Shown here: positions 1 to 8,082 of the stretch, piece after piece
Numbering within the stretch: position 1 is the stretch's first letter
How the letters are laid out: each line of letters opens with the position of its first letter
Origin: Candidatus Nanohalarchaeota archaeon QJJ-9
Lineage (GTDB): Archaea; Nanohalarchaeota; Nanosalinia; Nanosalinales; Nanoanaerosalinaceae
Assembly (NCBI GenBank): GCA_022865275.1
Contig: JALIDQ010000001.1
Span: 1 to 51,141, forward strand
Reading direction: 5' to 3'
Length of the DNA stretch: 51,141 nucleotides
Notes under the pieces: generated by a model
What the model was told of the DNA's origin: nothing
Database searches by the model: none
What the model saw: the letters and a program-made list of their open reading frames with translations, nothing else
Position numbers and translations under genes: made by a program

Positions 1-2
1 AT

Positions 3-713
3 CGTCTGCAGGTTCTTCAGGGGGATCTGCAGTTAAATGGTGACTATGAGAGGGTTGAGAATCTCAGAAATGTTAACGAAAAGTTTGTAGAGTATCTTTC
101 TGGAGAGGAGGGTGAGGAGGTTTATTCTTCTTTAAAATCTATAAAGGAGGATTTGGATGGTGGAAAGGCTCTTAAAAACTTTAAAAGCGTATATAACTGC
201 GTTTTAGGTATTTATGAGTATAAAAAGGACTTTGCCCGTATTCAGAATGCTTCCTCTCTCGATGAGCTGGAGGAATTGGGCTATGTTTCTCTGGATGAGG
301 TTCTTGAACCTTTTAAGGAGAAGGCTACTGAGTTTGACGGTCTGGATTCGGGGGAGGTTGTTGGCGACAGAGCTTTGTATCTTGTCTCCCATACTATTAT
401 GAAAAACTATAGAAGCTATGTGGAGCCTAGGGTAGATAATCCGGAACTTTACGTGGATGTCAAAGATTCTGGGCGTTATTATGTGGTCGATATTTTGAAT
501 AATGGACCAAGCCTTGAAAAGCATCCTGAGGAGATTTTCAGGCACAAGGATGGTTCTTCTGGAAGAGGTCTATATCTTGCTTCGTTTATTTCAGATTCTT
601 TCGGCGGTTCTATCTCATATTCTGAGGAGCTTTCTGAGGAGATTGAAAAGGATGGAAGGGGATTCGGTCTTCGATGGTATCTTCCAAAGCCTCCGAAAGA
701 TACAAAATACTGA
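3..713 (+). CDS. Histidine-kinase-type ATPase (HATPase_c-like) protein, 5' end outside window
   Basis: Frame stays open from nt 3; the track ORF 153-713 starts at an internal TTG. C-terminal boxes resemble HATPase_c N/G boxes: YYVVDILNNGPSL ... GSSGRGLYLASFISDSFGGSISY. Confidence 0.55.
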   Translation, partial: RLQVLQGDLQLNGDYERVENLRNVNEKFVEYLSGEEGEEVYSSLKSIKEDLDGGKALKNFKSVYNCVLGIYEYKKDFARIQNASSLDELEELGYVSLDEVLEPFKEKATEFDGLDSGEVVGDRALYLVSHTIMKNYRSYVEPRVDNPELYVDVKDSGRYYVVDILNNGPSLEKHPEEIFRHKDGSSGRGLYLASFISDSFGGSISYSEELSEEIEKDGRGFGLRWYLPKPPKDTKY

Positions 714-731
714 GGAGGTTATTTTTCTGCG

Positions 732-1355
732 ATGAGGGAGAACGACTTTCCTGGAGTTTTTATCGTTGTAGAAGGGATAGATGGGGCTGGGACTACTACT
801 CAGACTAGAAAGCTTGCTGATTATCTGGACGCGTATAGGACGCATGAGAACTGTAACCAGACCTCGGATTACAGCTACTGGAACAGGGTTGGAGAAAAAG
901 TCGAGGAGATGATTTCTGATGGAGGTTATTCGCCTGAAGCTGTGGCTTTGGGATTTGCTTCTGATAGGCTGATTCATTTAGAGGAAGATGTGGTTCCTAG
1001 GCTTGAGGAGGGGAGGATGGTTGTCTCTGACCGCTACTATTATTCCTCTCTTGCCTACCAGACTACGATGGGTGCGGATTTTGGTTGGGTTAAGAGGATT
1101 AACAGTAGGGCTGTAAGGCCTGATCTGACTATAATACTGGATGTTTCTGCTGACGAGGGGATGGAGAGGTTGGATAGGCGTGGAGAAGAAAAAGATATCT
1201 TTGAAAACCTTGATTTCCAGGAAGAGGTCTCTCTGAGGTATAGGAACCTTAAGGATAGGTTGGATGACAATATTGTTTACGTGGACGGCTCTCAATCAAA
1301 GGGAGAGGTGTTTGAAGCGGTTAAACAGGTGGTGGAGGAGTTTTTGGAAAGATGA
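732..1355 (+). CDS. tmk: Thymidylate (dTMP) kinase
   Basis: P-loop FIVVEGIDGAGTTTQTRKLADYL and VVSDRYYYSSLAYQ motif; about 200 aa. Stop overlaps next start (ATGA at 1352-1355). Confidence 0.85.
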   Translation: MRENDFPGVFIVVEGIDGAGTTTQTRKLADYLDAYRTHENCNQTSDYSYWNRVGEKVEEMISDGGYSPEAVALGFASDRLIHLEEDVVPRLEEGRMVVSDRYYYSSLAYQTTMGADFGWVKRINSRAVRPDLTIILDVSADEGMERLDRRGEEKDIFENLDFQEEVSLRYRNLKDRLDDNIVYVDGSQSKGEVFEAVKQVVEEFLER

Positions 1356-1708
1356 AAGGTACTTATGTTCTGTTTTTAAGGCTTTACGAGGATTTGGACG
1401 TTGAGGTTGGTTCTCTAGGGCCTGCCAGGTTTGAAAAAGGTCTTTACGCTTATGTGGGAAGTGCTTTCGGTTCTGGAGGTTTTAAAAGAATTGAAAGGCA
1501 TCTGGAGGTTTCTAGGGGGTTAAACGGTTCTAGGCACTGGCATATCGATTACCTTTTAGGACGGGATTGTTCCTGTGTGGTTTCTGTTCTTAGAGTTCCT
1601 GAGAAACGGGTTGAGTGCGAGTTAAACCATAGAATCGATGGCGATAAGGTTGAAGGATTTGGCTCTTCTGACTGCGGATGTTCTTCCCACCTAACTTTTC
1701 TGGGCTAG
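1352..1708 (+). CDS. DUF123 / GIY-YIG superfamily protein
   Basis: GLYAYVGSAFGSGGFKRIERHL and SRHWHIDYLL motifs typical of DUF123 (Uri-type nuclease superfamily); translationally coupled to tmk. Confidence 0.65.
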   Translation: MKGTYVLFLRLYEDLDVEVGSLGPARFEKGLYAYVGSAFGSGGFKRIERHLEVSRGLNGSRHWHIDYLLGRDCSCVVSVLRVPEKRVECELNHRIDGDKVEGFGSSDCGCSSHLTFLG

Positions 1709-1968
1709 TCTCTTTCTTTGACTGATTTGTCCATCTCTTCTTCTAGTTTTTCTAGCTGTTCGTCTATCTCGTCTACTTTTTTCTTTGCTTTCTGGTGTTT
1801 TACCGGGTGTTCGTCTGCTTCTCCTGATTCTTCCAGGTTGTCTAGCTCTTCTTTTATCTGGTTGATTCCTTTCTGTAGTTCTTTATATGTTTCTTTGTAG
1901 CGCTCTAGGACGTTTTCTATCTCTTCTTCTCTCCGCTTTCTCTTGCTTTCTTGGTTTTGTTTTTCCAT
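1705..1968 (-). CDS. Small charged coiled-coil protein (unknown function)
   Basis: 87-aa K/E-rich ORF. The opposite-strand ORF 1718-1900 is a low-complexity Ser-rich artefact. ATG at 1968 lies 3 nt downstream of the tRNA-Val discriminator base. Confidence 0.45.
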   Translation of the reverse strand: MEKQNQESKRKRREEEIENVLERYKETYKELQKGINQIKEELDNLEESGEADEHPVKHQKAKKKVDEIDEQLEKLEEEMDKSVKERD

Positions 1969-1970
1969 AA

Positions 1971-2064
1971 TGGGCCTGAGCGGATTTGAACCGCTGATCT
2001 TCGCCTCGTGAAGGCGACGTCTTAGTCCCGAGTTCTTCGGTCTAACCAGCTAGACCACAGGCCC
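1971..2064 (-). tRNA. tRNA-Val (anticodon CAC) with a non-canonical intron of about 21 nt between D-arm and anticodon stem
   Basis: Minus-strand read: GGGCCTG-TG-GTCT-AGCTGGTT-AGAC ... G-TCGCC-TTCACGA-GGCGA-AGATC-AGCGG-TTCAAAT-CCGCT-CAGGCCC-A. The cloverleaf closes only if about 21 nt (roughly 2019-2039, CGAAGAACTCGGGACTAAGAC) are removed. The exact boundary is ambiguous because AGAC is duplicated. CCA is not encoded. Confidence 0.8.
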
Positions 2065-2104
2065 TTGTGGTTTTTCTATCTTTGAACTGTTATAAAAAAA
2101 TAGG

Positions 2105-2710
2105 CTATTTTTTGGCTAGAACTCTTACCCAGTCCTCTTTTCTGTCTTTTTCTGTGTCTTCTTTTAGGACGTTTAGACCTGCTTTTTCGACTTTTTCTCT
2201 AAGCTCTTTTTCTGTGTAGAGCGCGAAGAATCTTCTGCCTTCGCTGTAATGGTCTCGTTCGATATATTTTTCTTTTTCTCCCTTCTTCACTGAGATGTGG
2301 ACTGTTCCTCCTTCTTTGAGGACTCTGTGGAGCTCTTCAAGTGCTTTATCTGCTTCCTGTTTAGGTAGGTGGTGCAGGGAGGCGCATGCCCAGATCCCGT
2401 TGAAACTTGCGTCTCCGAATTTCAGGTATCTCATGTCCATCTTCCTGAACTCTGCCTGTGGGACTTTTTCCCTTGCGATTTCGAGGAATTTTTTAACTGG
2501 ATCGATTCCTACCACGTCTTTACCTTTCTTTGCGAAGAATTTCGCGTCTCTTCCAGGCCCGCATCCTACATCAAGAATTTTTTTACCGTCAACCTCTTCT
2601 AGAAACCTTTTCAGAGTTCCTTCTATCTCTTCTATAGAGTTATGGTAGTCGTCGTACTCTTCCGCCATGTTTTTGTAAGCTTCGATAGTCTCCTCAAGCT
2701 CTTTTTCCAT
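2105..2710 (-). CDS. Class I SAM-dependent methyltransferase
   Basis: SAM-binding motif ILDVGCGPGRDAKFFAKKGKDVVGIDP; about 200 aa, Methyltransf_11-like layout. Confidence 0.85.
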   Translation of the reverse strand: MEKELEETIEAYKNMAEEYDDYHNSIEEIEGTLKRFLEEVDGKKILDVGCGPGRDAKFFAKKGKDVVGIDPVKKFLEIAREKVPQAEFRKMDMRYLKFGDASFNGIWACASLHHLPKQEADKALEELHRVLKEGGTVHISVKKGEKEKYIERDHYSEGRRFFALYTEKELREKVEKAGLNVLKEDTEKDRKEDWVRVLAKK

Positions 2711-2857
2711 AACTTAACTTTACCTCTTTCTGTTTAAGTGAGTTTGTAGAGTTCTATGTTTGGGTTTTCTTGGTAATCAATTTTCTGACTTCTTGTAATC
2801 TCTGCATTTTTACGGGAAGAATCTACAAAGCTATGTTCTAAATTTCTCCCAAGAAAA

Positions 2858-2910
2858 TGGACTCGCGGGGATTTGAACCCTGAGATTCTCGCCAGAGAAT
2901 CGAGGTTATG
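2858..2910 (-). repeat. Orphan copy of the tRNA-Ala 3' end (T-loop to discriminator) preceded by a GATTCTC-TGGC-GAGAATC hairpin
   Basis: 23-nt exact direct repeat tggactcgcggggatttgaaccc at 2858-2880 and 2947-2969 (the latter inside tRNA-Ala). The orphan has a mismatched T-stem 5' strand (CAGGG vs CCCCG) and no acceptor 5' strand nearby. Confidence 0.6.
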
Positions 2911-2946
2911 AAATCCTTTGGAGCGAAGAAACGGAGCGTAGCGAAG

Positions 2947-3109
2947 TGGACTCGCGGGGATTTGAACCCCGGGCCTCTTCCAATTTGGCTCTTGGTTCGG
3001 ACACGAACCTCGTGTCGAAGATCAAAGATCTTCTCCAACCGTTTTCCCTCAAAGATTCGGAAAAACGGTGTTGCCAAGGAAGCGTTCTGCCAAGCTGAAC
3101 TACGAGCCC
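2947..3109 (-). tRNA. tRNA-Ala (anticodon GGC) with 89-nt intron
   Basis: GGGCTCG-TA-GTTC-AGCTTGGCA-GAAC-G-CTTCC-TTGGCAA [intron 2982-3070] GGAAG-AGGCC-CGGGG-TTCAAAT-CCCCG-CGAGTCC-A. The G3:U70 alanine identity pair is present. Mature length 74 nt. Confidence 0.85.
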
Positions 3110-3248
3110 TTTTTATGACAGGGTGCTCCGACCTGAAGGTCACCTGCGGTCCACCTTCGGCGACCTCAGGTCCGAAGGTTCTACTTCACTTCGTTCAGTC
3201 CTGAGCTTTTCTCGTGTCTAAAGTTTGAGGTGATAAAGGTTTTTATTT

Positions 3249-3563
3249 CTACAGGTCTTGGTCCTTGGATTCTACAGGAGGCTTCCTAACTACAAGAAGC
3301 TCCATCTCTCCTTCTAAAGTATGGCTTTCCTCCTTCGCGTATACTACGTCTTTTTCCTCCATATCGATTATCTCATCGCCTACATGGATATGTCCGTCTC
3401 CTTCCAGGACGTAGTAAGCGATCTCCGCCTTGGATTCATTCCTATGCGTTCCATCGACCTTTAAACGACTCATTGAAAAGCTTGTACCTTCTCTGAGATA
3501 ATGTTCTATAACCGAGGACTCGTCAGGGTTGTATTCCTCAGTGTCATTTCTCCTTATCCTCAT
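3249..3563 (-). CDS. Cupin-domain protein
   Basis: YYVLEGDGHIHVGDE ... HTLEGEMELLVV pattern of a small single-domain cupin; stop/start overlap with the upstream phosphoesterase gene. Confidence 0.65.
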   Translation of the reverse strand: MRIRRNDTEEYNPDESSVIEHYLREGTSFSMSRLKVDGTHRNESKAEIAYYVLEGDGHIHVGDEIIDMEEKDVVYAKEESHTLEGEMELLVVRKPPVESKDQDL

Positions 3564-4171
3564 ACCAGTTCAACCTCCTCATAGTCCTTTACACCGTCTT
3601 CACCCAGCTCTACTGCGAAGCCTTTCCCGGTCTCTACCGCGGAGCAGTTGAATACCTCGGTATCCATCAGATGGAAGTGGCCGAAGTCTTCGTGTATATG
3701 TCCTGTAAACCATGCAGCAGGCTTTTCCTTAAGTATAAGCTTTCTGAATCCTGGCATCCCAGCCCTGTTACCGCTTCTTGTAGCGTCACCCAGCCTATCA
3801 GGAGGATAATGGGATAAAAATATAGTCTTGCGTCCATCCTCACCGCTTAGCCATTCCTGAACGTCTTTTTTATAGTCTTCAGGGAAAACTGAGCCTATGA
3901 CAACTATCCTATACTCTCCGAACTCCACTTTCATATATCTGAAAAGGTTCTCGAACTCTTCGTTCTTTGGAGGTGTAAAGTCGAAATCCCAGTTCCCCAC
4001 CGCTGCAAACATAGGGATCTCTACGTTGTTTAGAAGCTTCTCGTAGTCCTCTTCCTTTACAAAATCTCCTCCTGAGAGGAACAGGTCGTACTCTCCAGAG
4101 TTCGCTTCTTTGATCGCCGCGTCGATAAGCTCGTCTCTGCTATGGAAGTCTGAAACGCATAGAATCTTCAT
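3560..4171 (-). CDS. Metallophosphoesterase (calcineurin-like)
   Basis: MKILCVSDFHS, LSGGDF, AVGNWD and TGHIHED motifs. The track start at 4183 is an alternative; I prefer ATG 4171 (MKILCVSD). Confidence 0.8.
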   Translation of the reverse strand: MKILCVSDFHSRDELIDAAIKEANSGEYDLFLSGGDFVKEEDYEKLLNNVEIPMFAAVGNWDFDFTPPKNEEFENLFRYMKVEFGEYRIVVIGSVFPEDYKKDVQEWLSGEDGRKTIFLSHYPPDRLGDATRSGNRAGMPGFRKLILKEKPAAWFTGHIHEDFGHFHLMDTEVFNCSAVETGKGFAVELGEDGVKDYEEVELV

Positions 4172-4199
4172 TGCTAGAAACAAAGTTTAGGTTCAGGAT

Positions 4200-4601
4200 T
4201 TAAAAATAGGGAAGGTCGTATTCCAGAACTCTCTTCAAAACCTTGTCAGGGGCCAGGGTTAGGGTTATAGTTCCTGTCAGACAGGAGAAGACCAGTATGC
4301 TGATAAGGACTGAAGCACCTTTTAGGCTAAGATATGCTTGGATAGCAACGTAGGAAAACGAAGCTCCGACTATGAAAGCGACTATAGCCTTGATACGCCA
4401 GTCATCCAGCTGCTCGTTGCTGTAGTATTCTTTCCTGATAAATTCGTTGGTTCTGATCATCATGAACTTTACCATGACACTGGTAAGGAAGACTATGAAG
4501 ATGTATATGACTCCTCTAGACGTTGAACCGGACAGGCTCATTATGAAAGTACCTGCTATAAGAAGTGCTTCTAAAAATTTCAGCCTGCTGTTCTGGTCCA
4601 T
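4200..4601 (-). CDS. Small integral membrane protein
   Basis: 133 aa with about four hydrophobic segments; no recognisable family. Confidence 0.45.
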   Translation of the reverse strand: MDQNSRLKFLEALLIAGTFIMSLSGSTSRGVIYIFIVFLTSVMVKFMMIRTNEFIRKEYYSNEQLDDWRIKAIVAFIVGASFSYVAIQAYLSLKGASVLISILVFSCLTGTITLTLAPDKVLKRVLEYDLPYF

Positions 4602-4649
4602 ATTTTACAATTATAGTTTCTCTTGTAAAAACTTTGCGAAAAAAGTGAT

Positions 4650-4834
4650 TGGACCCTCCGGGGTTCGAACCCGGGACCGCCGCCTATCTCACGACTGGCG
4701 TCCCAGTCGGCAGGACGGTCGCGTTCAAGGGAACGCTCCGACGCTCCGCGGCTGGTATGTTTCGCGCCACTTCTGAGTATATGGGCGCGATGTCCGTATA
4801 AGGACGGTGCTCTAACCAACTGAGCTAAGGGTCC
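4650..4834 (-). tRNA. tRNA-Ile (anticodon UAU) with 111-nt intron at 37/38
   Basis: GGACCCT-TA-GCTC-AGTTGGTTA-GAGC-A-CCGTC-CTTATA [intron 4686-4796] A-GGCGG-CGGTC-CCGGG-TTCGAAC-CCCGG-AGGGTCC-A. Loop CTTA can pair with intron-terminal TGAG, flanked by 3-nt bulges (bulge-helix-bulge-like). Confidence 0.7.
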
Positions 4835-4953
4835 TTAACAAAATTACCTAATAGAGCATGTTTTCTCTCAATTTTTTAAAGTTTCTCGCCTCGAACAACT
4901 TCCTTTCTGCTGAATCTTTATATAGGCGCTGGACCAATTTTTAAACGATAGCA

Positions 4954-5583
4954 ATGAACACCCCGGCTTTACAGGCAGCATTCCAGCCTGTTCTCGAAGG
5001 AGCGCAACAGTACATTCCGAACATAGTCTACGCACTGATCGTGCTTGTAATAGGTTACATCATAGGTAGGATTGTGTTCTCAGTAGCCAAGAAGTTCTTC
5101 AAGCACACCAAGGTAGACGACTACTTCGAGGAAGAAGGACATCTTGAACTGAAACTCAGTGATCTGTTCCCAGTAGTATTCAAATGGGCAGTCTATCTTG
5201 TAACCTTGCAGGTTTCAGCTGAGTTCCTGGGAGTTCAGGCAGTGATAGACATCCTACAGAAAATCATAGGTTGGATTCCAGGAGTCATAGGAGCGATCGC
5301 AGTATTCCTAACTGGTTACGGAATAGCGATCTACACTAAGGATCGTATAATCGGTTCTGAGACTCTTTACTCCGACATCCTAGGAAAGCTGGTGTTCTTC
5401 TTCGTAATCTACATCTCAGTCTCGACAGCGATGCCTCTAGTAGGGATCGGCTCGGACCTACTAAACAACATCTTACTCATCCTAGTAGGAGCAGTCTCGT
5501 TCGCATTCGCTATAGCAGCAGGACTAGGACTTAGAGATGTGTTCGAGGAACAGGCGCGGAAATATGTTGAGGAGAGCCAGTAA
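4954..5583 (+). CDS. Integral membrane protein (TM-helix repeat type)
   Basis: 209 aa with several long hydrophobic helices (IVYALIVLVIGYIIGRIVF, VFFFVIYISVSTAMPLV). Resembles conserved-TM-helix repeat proteins seen at MscS N-termini; weak call. Confidence 0.5.
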   Translation: MNTPALQAAFQPVLEGAQQYIPNIVYALIVLVIGYIIGRIVFSVAKKFFKHTKVDDYFEEEGHLELKLSDLFPVVFKWAVYLVTLQVSAEFLGVQAVIDILQKIIGWIPGVIGAIAVFLTGYGIAIYTKDRIIGSETLYSDILGKLVFFFVIYISVSTAMPLVGIGSDLLNNILLILVGAVSFAFAIAAGLGLRDVFEEQARKYVEESQ

Positions 5584-5685
5584 AACCGGCTCCCTTCTTT
5601 TTCTTTTTTTATTCGATCAGGGATGGATTTAAGAATTTTAATGGTGTATACAAAATTTAGTTCTTGAAAATTCTAGGTGATTACT

Positions 5686-7359
5686 ATGGCAAATTTAGGA
5701 GGACAACCAATCTTCATAATGTCGGAAGACGCTGAGCGTCAGACCGGCAAAAATGCTCAAGAAAACAACATAAACGCTTGTAAATCAGTTGCTAACGCGA
5801 TAAGGACTACTCTAGGTCCTAAAGGGATGGACAAGATGATGGTAGATTCTGTAGGCGACCTAGTCGTAACCAATGACGGAGTCACCATCCTCGACGAGAT
5901 GGAGCTAGAGCATCCCGCCGCCAAGATGATGGTAGAGATTGCAAAGACGCAGGACGAGGAGGTAGGCGATGGAACAACTACAGCAGTAGTCCTTGCAGGA
6001 GAGCTTCTCAAGAAGTCGGAAGACCTTCTTGATCAGGACATCCACCCCACAGTTATAAGCTCCGGTTACAGGCTAGCAAAGGAAAGAGCTCTGGAGGAGC
6101 TTAATCAGATAGCGGAAGACGTGAGCTTTGATGACCGTGAAAAGCTTGAATCGGTAGCGAAGACTGCTATGACAGGCAAGTCCGCAGAAGCTTCTAAGGA
6201 TTATCTAGCTTCAATAGCTGCGGACGCTGTAACCAGCATTGCGGACAGTCTTGACGGTAGCTTCGAAATCGACCGTGATCTTATAAAGGTTGTAAAAAGC
6301 CAGGGAGGCTCTGTAGACGATACAGAGCTAGTTGAGGGAGTTGTAATAGACAAGGAAAAAGTACATCCTGACATGCCTTCGAGGAAAAGCGAAGCGGATA
6401 TAGCGCTCCTTAACACTGCGATGGAGGTACAGGAGACCGAAACCTCTGCGGAGATTCAGATAAACGATCCGAATAAGCTTCAGGAGTTCGTCGACCAGGA
6501 AGAAGAAAGTCTTAAAGAGATGGTTGAACAGGTTAAGGAATCTGGTGCGGATGTTGTTCTATGCCAGAAAGGTATAGACGATATAGCCCAGCATTACCTT
6601 GCCAAGAATGATATCATGGCTGTTAGGAGGGTCAAAAAGTCTGATATGGAGAAGCTTGCAAAGGCTACAGGTGGAAGAGTGGTAACAAGCCTTACCGACC
6701 TAAGCCAGAGCGATCTAGGAAAAGCTGGAAATGTAGGCCAGGAGAACGTTTCAGGAGATAGCATGCTTTTCGTAGAGGACATAGAAGAAGCTGAATCCGT
6801 GACTATTGTTGTAAGGGGAGGAACTGAACATGTAGTGGACGAGATAGAGCGCGCGTTTGAAGATGCATTAGGAGGAATCGCCTCTGCTATAAGAGTAGGA
6901 AAGGTAGTCGGTGGAGGAGGCGCTCCAGAAGTCGAAGTCTCAAAGGAACTTAAAAACTACGCAGATAGAGTTGGCGGAAGAGAGCAGCTTGCGATAAACG
7001 CTTTCGCGGAAGCTTTGGAAATAGTGCCGAGGACTCTCGCGGAAAACGCAGGCCTGGACCCGATTGATATCCTTGTAGATCTGAGGAACAAGCATGAAGC
7101 AGGGGACAAATGGTCAGGAATTGATGTCTTTTCAGGTGAGGCTGACGATCTTTTCGACCGGGACGTGGTTGAACCGCTCCAGATTAAGACTCAGGCGGTA
7201 CAGTCCGCGTCTGAGGCGGCTGAGTTGATCCTCAGAATTGATGATGTAATCTCTGCCTCAGGTTTCGGCGGTGGAGAAGGTGGCGGTGAACCACCTGCCC
7301 CAGGCGGTGCCCCAGGAGGAGCTGGAGGAATGCCTGGTGGGATGGGAGGAATGATGTAA
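5686..7359 (+). CDS. ths: Thermosome subunit (group II chaperonin)
   Basis: [42 protein letters not shown] and C-terminal [11 protein letters not shown] tail. ATG 5686 is preceded by AGGTGA; the track GTG 5677 is an alternative. Confidence 0.95.
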   Translation: MANLGGQPIFIMSEDAERQTGKNAQENNINACKSVANAIRTTLGPKGMDKMMVDSVGDLVVTNDGVTILDEMELEHPAAKMMVEIAKTQDEEVGDGTTTAVVLAGELLKKSEDLLDQDIHPTVISSGYRLAKERALEELNQIAEDVSFDDREKLESVAKTAMTGKSAEASKDYLASIAADAVTSIADSLDGSFEIDRDLIKVVKSQGGSVDDTELVEGVVIDKEKVHPDMPSRKSEADIALLNTAMEVQETETSAEIQINDPNKLQEFVDQEEESLKEMVEQVKESGADVVLCQKGIDDIAQHYLAKNDIMAVRRVKKSDMEKLAKATGGRVVTSLTDLSQSDLGKAGNVGQENVSGDSMLFVEDIEEAESVTIVVRGGTEHVVDEIERAFEDALGGIASAIRVGKVVGGGGAPEVEVSKELKNYADRVGGREQLAINAFAEALEIVPRTLAENAGLDPIDILVDLRNKHEAGDKWSGIDVFSGEADDLFDRDVVEPLQIKTQAVQSASEAAELILRIDDVISASGFGGGEGGGEPPAPGGAPGGAGGMPGGMGGMM

Positions 7360-7512
7360 GGTATTTCCTCCTTTACTGTCTTTTCTTTTTTCTTCACTCC
7401 TTCTTTCCTTGACTATCTCCCTATTCGAGGCTGAAACCGAGCCAGAGGGGAAAGTTATTTATAGAGGGATGGATAGTTTGATTATGTAAGTATAAAACCA
7501 GGTGTGTTAAAA

Positions 7513-8061
7513 ATGCCAGACGAAGAAGAGGTAAAGCTATCTGCTGATAATCAGGATTCTGACGAATATGAGATAATCCCTATGGGTCCTGTGAGGAAGC
7601 TTGAAAAGAGGATTGACGAACTTGAGGAACAGAAAAGCCAGAGTATGTCCGGCAACGAGAACCTTGTCCGCGATATTCTCGATATAATGAAAGCCAATCA
7701 AAAGATTGTCAACGACATGGTGCAGTCCAACACCGAGCTCCATAACTCTATCGAGGAGCTTACCACTAAGATGGATAAGGTTATGGGCAATATGAGTGAT
7801 TTTATGGGGCTTTTGGAGGAAGCTTCTGAAGCTTCACTCGAGGAAGATGTATCCGCTAACCTCAGCGAGGATCTTGTCTCCCCTATTTCTGACAGTATGG
7901 AGAATCTCAAGCACACGAACGAAAAGATGCTTGAAGGTTTAGGAAAGATTGATGAAAGCCTAAACCAGCTTGATAAGCGGATGAAGAGGTTGTACGCTTC
8001 TCAACGGAGTTCTTCAAACCGTGGTACTACTAGACAATCGTCTAGAGGCCAGTCCCAATAA
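7513..8061 (+). CDS. Acidic coiled-coil protein immediately upstream of the pilus operon
   Basis: About 180 aa, heptad-rich and D/E-rich with a basic Ser/Arg tail. Stop is 3 nt before the first pilin ORF. No family recognised. Confidence 0.5.
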   Translation: MPDEEEVKLSADNQDSDEYEIIPMGPVRKLEKRIDELEEQKSQSMSGNENLVRDILDIMKANQKIVNDMVQSNTELHNSIEELTTKMDKVMGNMSDFMGLLEEASEASLEEDVSANLSEDLVSPISDSMENLKHTNEKMLEGLGKIDESLNQLDKRMKRLYASQRSSSNRGTTRQSSRGQSQ

Positions 8062-8082
8062 ATAATGTGGAGGAAAGATACT

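Noticed and set aside
2838-3204. Track ORFs 2838-3143(-) and 2908-3204(+)
   Set aside because: Both lie across tRNA-Ala, its 89-nt intron, the orphan 3' fragment and the GC-rich leader element. Their open frames are a by-product of structured RNA sequence.
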